Shown here in pieces: positions 61,529 to 64,000 of a stretch of 64,000 nucleotides of DNA. The notes beneath the pieces are model-generated. The model was not told the DNA's origin, ran no database searches, and was given only the letters and a program-made list of their open reading frames with translations. Every line of letters begins with the position of its first letter. Positions within the stretch are counted from its first letter, which is position 1. Location of the stretch: positions 29,574,001-29,638,000 of the forward strand of contig OZ024744.1 in assembly GCA_964016885.1 (NCBI GenBank). The letters run 5' to 3'. Origin of the DNA: Eledone cirrhosa (Eukaryota). The position numbers and the translations under genes were made by a program.

Positions 61529-63306
61529 ATGGATTCCAACGACAAAAAAAATTCGAAAGAATTGCATGACAATATTAATACCACAAACAAAGACACAACA
61601 AACACAAAAATAACATTTGAAAACAACATCATAACAGAAAGCAAAACAGACGACAAAGTCAACACCAATAATATTTCGTTTGCACAAACAACAAAGAAAT
61701 CTTTAACATATATACCTGAAAATATTTCAGATGTGGCACAAAGAATAAAAAACGCCAAACAATACATAACTCAAGGGGAAAATGGAATCTTATCGGTAAA
61801 AATGCCCCAAGAACTCACCAATATATTGAAAGTCGGACGGTCGTTTTCCGCACCATCAACAACATCTCAAAAAGACCTCAACAACCAACACAAGCAGAAA
61901 TTAAAGCAGTACTTACAGAAGTACTTAATGAAGCCACTTTTATAAGAAGAGACAGGCTGTATGGAAGCCTAGCGATTATTATGAAGAACGAATCAATGGC
62001 AAAAAAATATGCTTTGTCGCCGATTCGTTCGACAAATTTTACCTTTTATCCATCTTATATGGGTAAAAGAACTCAGCGCATATGGCTGGATGCGATGATG
62101 CCAGATGTGGACTACTGCTGGCTCATAGCTGGCTTCATCGATCCAGCGAATGACAACGTGATTTCCATTGGGAAAACCACAGGCAATGCGTTCAGTGGAA
62201 CAGGTATAGAACTTGTAGTGCAAATGAAGCCTGAACGCATTGCCCAAATACCCGACAGAATCCTATTAGAGGGCCACGGGTATATAAACATTAGCGTGGA
62301 GGGGAGAAGGCCGTCCTGTCATATCTGTGCAGGCAGAGGGCACCTGAAGGCGGCTTGTCCCCAACTCAACAAGAAGAAAACCCTGCTACCAACACCAGCT
62401 CCACCACCACCACAACAGATAAACAAATAACAAAACTCAGTCCCACCCAACCCGTCCCTCAGTAAAACTACACCACCACCACAACACAAACAGACACAAC
62501 ACATTACCCAAAAACAAAACACAGTCCCACCCAACCCCTCACTCAATAAAACAACACAACCACCGCAGCCACAACACACAACACAGTCTAACATAGTGAC
62601 ATCCATCTCCCCAACAAAGAAAACCAATACGGAAACATTACCAGCAAACATACCTCTTCCCTCCAACACTGAAGATAACCCAACGAATTCGGAGGAAGAA
62701 ACGGAGTCCTTCAGACAGATCAAAAGGAAAAAAAGAAAACATGTGCAAAACACACAAGGCCAAACAACCCCTACCCAAATGTCAACACAATCCAACAAAA
62801 CACAAAACACCCCTCCAGCAACAAACAAAACCAAACCTGCCCCTACCCTCTTCGAAACACTCACACCATCCGAAAAAAAGACATTACACTATACTTACAT
62901 CAACAGAAACAATAATAAATTAAATGAACTCATAAACAATAACCCTTCGGTACAAACCGAAGGGGTAAACTTTGTTTCTTCAGAAAACTACCCACATTTA
63001 AAATTAATAAAGATCCCAATGAACATCTACCAAAAACTAAAAAAGGATTTTAAGGAGGACGCAGGACCACCTTCTGTCAAACCCATAAACCGCGTCCTCC
63101 TAAAAAGCTTTCCCCTCCCCTTCTCCTCCCCAACACAACTCCAAACACACCAACCCCACCACACACTGATGACCCCACACCACCACAAGACACCCCTTCA
63201 CCCAACACCCCCGACTCCATGGAAGTCGTGCGACCCGAACCCCGGGAAGCAGAAAGGTAAGTCTCTACACTCTCCTTTGGCTTTGCCGCCCACATGGATG
63301 TGTTAA
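61529..63306 (+). pseudogene. LINE ORF1 (gag-like nucleic-acid-binding protein, single CCHC zinc knuckle), disrupted
   Basis: ATG 61529 (MDSNDKKN...). A frameshift near 61815 joins to QYIESRTVVFRTINN...EATFIRRDRLYGSLAIIMKNES...IPDRILLEGHGYINISVEGRRPSCHICAGRGHLKAACP (C-x2-C-x4-H-x4-C at 62317-62358). In-frame TAA at 62428-62430, then a P/T/Q/N-rich tail with basic KRKKRK to the stop at 63304-63306. Confidence 0.85.
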
Positions 63307-64000
63307 GAGTAGGATGTTTGAATGCACGTGGCCTAGGCTCAACTTGGAAGCAAGCAAAGCTTCTAAATGACCTCAAGTCACGTGGTATAAATGTAATGGT
63401 TATCTGTGAGATTCGAATCAGCGTCGTGCGGCAGCTGACCCCTACCTTCGATGACTTTGAGGTGCACGCATCTCTCTGTCAACCTGGAGGTGGGGTGGGG
63501 TTGTCGTACTGCTGGAAAAACACCTGGGTCTCGCCGTACAGGTTGTTCACTCGGACCCGGGAGGTCGTTTGTTGGTGCTAGACGTTGGCAGAAGTGGAGG
63601 TGCGGCCTTGAGACTGGTCGCCGTCTACTCCCCTTTCGGATCTGAACGACCCGACCTCTTCCAGCGTCTGGAGACTTTTCTGGGAACGTCGCGTTCCCTG
63701 CTTCTAGCGGGGGACTGGAATGACATCCTAGATGCACGTTGGGACTATGCAGGGGCATGTCCTAATAGAGGGGGGGGGGCTGTAACAGCCTCAAGGCGTT
63801 ACTCGACCGTTTTAACTTGGTCGATAGATATCGACTAGATTTTCCAACTGTGCCAACCTGGACTTGGACGAACCACAGTGGCCAATCTAGATCGTACTTA
63901 GATAGATTCTTAGTTAGAAGTAAGGATAGGGACATATTAAGCTGTCCAGAAATGCTCACGTTTGGCTATACAGATCACAAATTAGTGACCTGCGTAGTCA
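63294..64000 (+). pseudogene. LINE ORF2 N-terminal apurinic/apyrimidinic-like (APE) endonuclease domain, two frameshifts, truncated by window end
   Basis: Stitched translation: MDVLRVGCLNARGL...VMVICEIR...PGG/GVVVLL...DPGGRLLVLDV...RLVAVYSP...LLLAGDWNDILD...NRGG/CNSLKALLDRFNLVDRYRLDFP...WTWTNHSGQSRSYLDRFLV...GYTDHKLV. This shows the ordered APE motifs (NxxG, E, GV, YxP, GDxN, SxLD, xDH). Frameshifts fall in G-runs at about 63486-63500 and 63770-63779. Confidence 0.93.

Larger units (their letters stand above)
61123..64000 (+). mobile_element. L1/Tx1-type non-LTR retrotransposon, 5' portion (5' UTR, ORF1, start of ORF2); continues past the window
   Basis: Two-ORF layout: CCHC-knuckle ORF1 followed by an APE-endonuclease ORF2. 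The exact 5' end is not determinable; the start given is just after the upstream element's tail. Confidence 0.9.

Noticed and set aside
61277-63959. Minus-strand ORFs (61277-61687, 61453-61767, 62319-62864, 63077-63376, 63378-63758, 63762-63959)
   Set aside because: Antisense shadows of the A/C-rich LINE ORF1 and ORF2; V/F/C/G-biased composition with no motifs.
61529-64000. LTR retrotransposon gag-pol or an intact host gene
   Set aside because: The knuckle ORF is followed by an APE endonuclease, not a protease; no LTR or primer-binding site is seen; both ORFs are interrupted.

Overview
This is eukaryotic, almost certainly animal, repeat DNA with no host protein-coding gene that I can support. 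Positions 1-56511 (88% of the window, open on the left) are one uninterrupted, single-orientation tandem array. Its 45-bp monomer is GACCATGACGTGGAGTGTCTTATA(T/C)AGATGGTGTCACTGGTGGAG, interspersed with 40-, 39- and 44-bp deletion variants (roughly 1,250-1,300 monomers, estimated from length). Diagnostic variants reveal nested higher-order duplications with offsets of 175 bp, 1275 bp, about 2.8-3.8 kb, 5377 bp and 9085 bp. All ORFs called inside the array are by-products of the 45-bp (15-codon) period. The last 7.5 kb is AT-rich flank containing (TA)n/(CA)n microsatellites, a 55-bp-arm inverted repeat with two decayed hammerhead-like motifs nearby, two tRNA/CORE-type SINE remnants, a hAT-type MITE with a degenerate 8-bp TSD, and two head-to-tail L1/Tx1-type non-LTR retrotransposons. 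The first is a 5'-truncated 3' end (C-terminal zinc finger, structured 3' UTR, AATAAA). The second is a 5' portion with a CCHC-knuckle ORF1 and an APE endonuclease ORF2 running off the window; both ORFs are disrupted. The SINE and microsatellite style resembles cephalopod (octopus-like) DNA, but that is recollection, not a search result. I found no novel gene system; the most interesting candidates are the motif content and variant architecture of the satellite and the structured RNA elements in the flanking retroelements.
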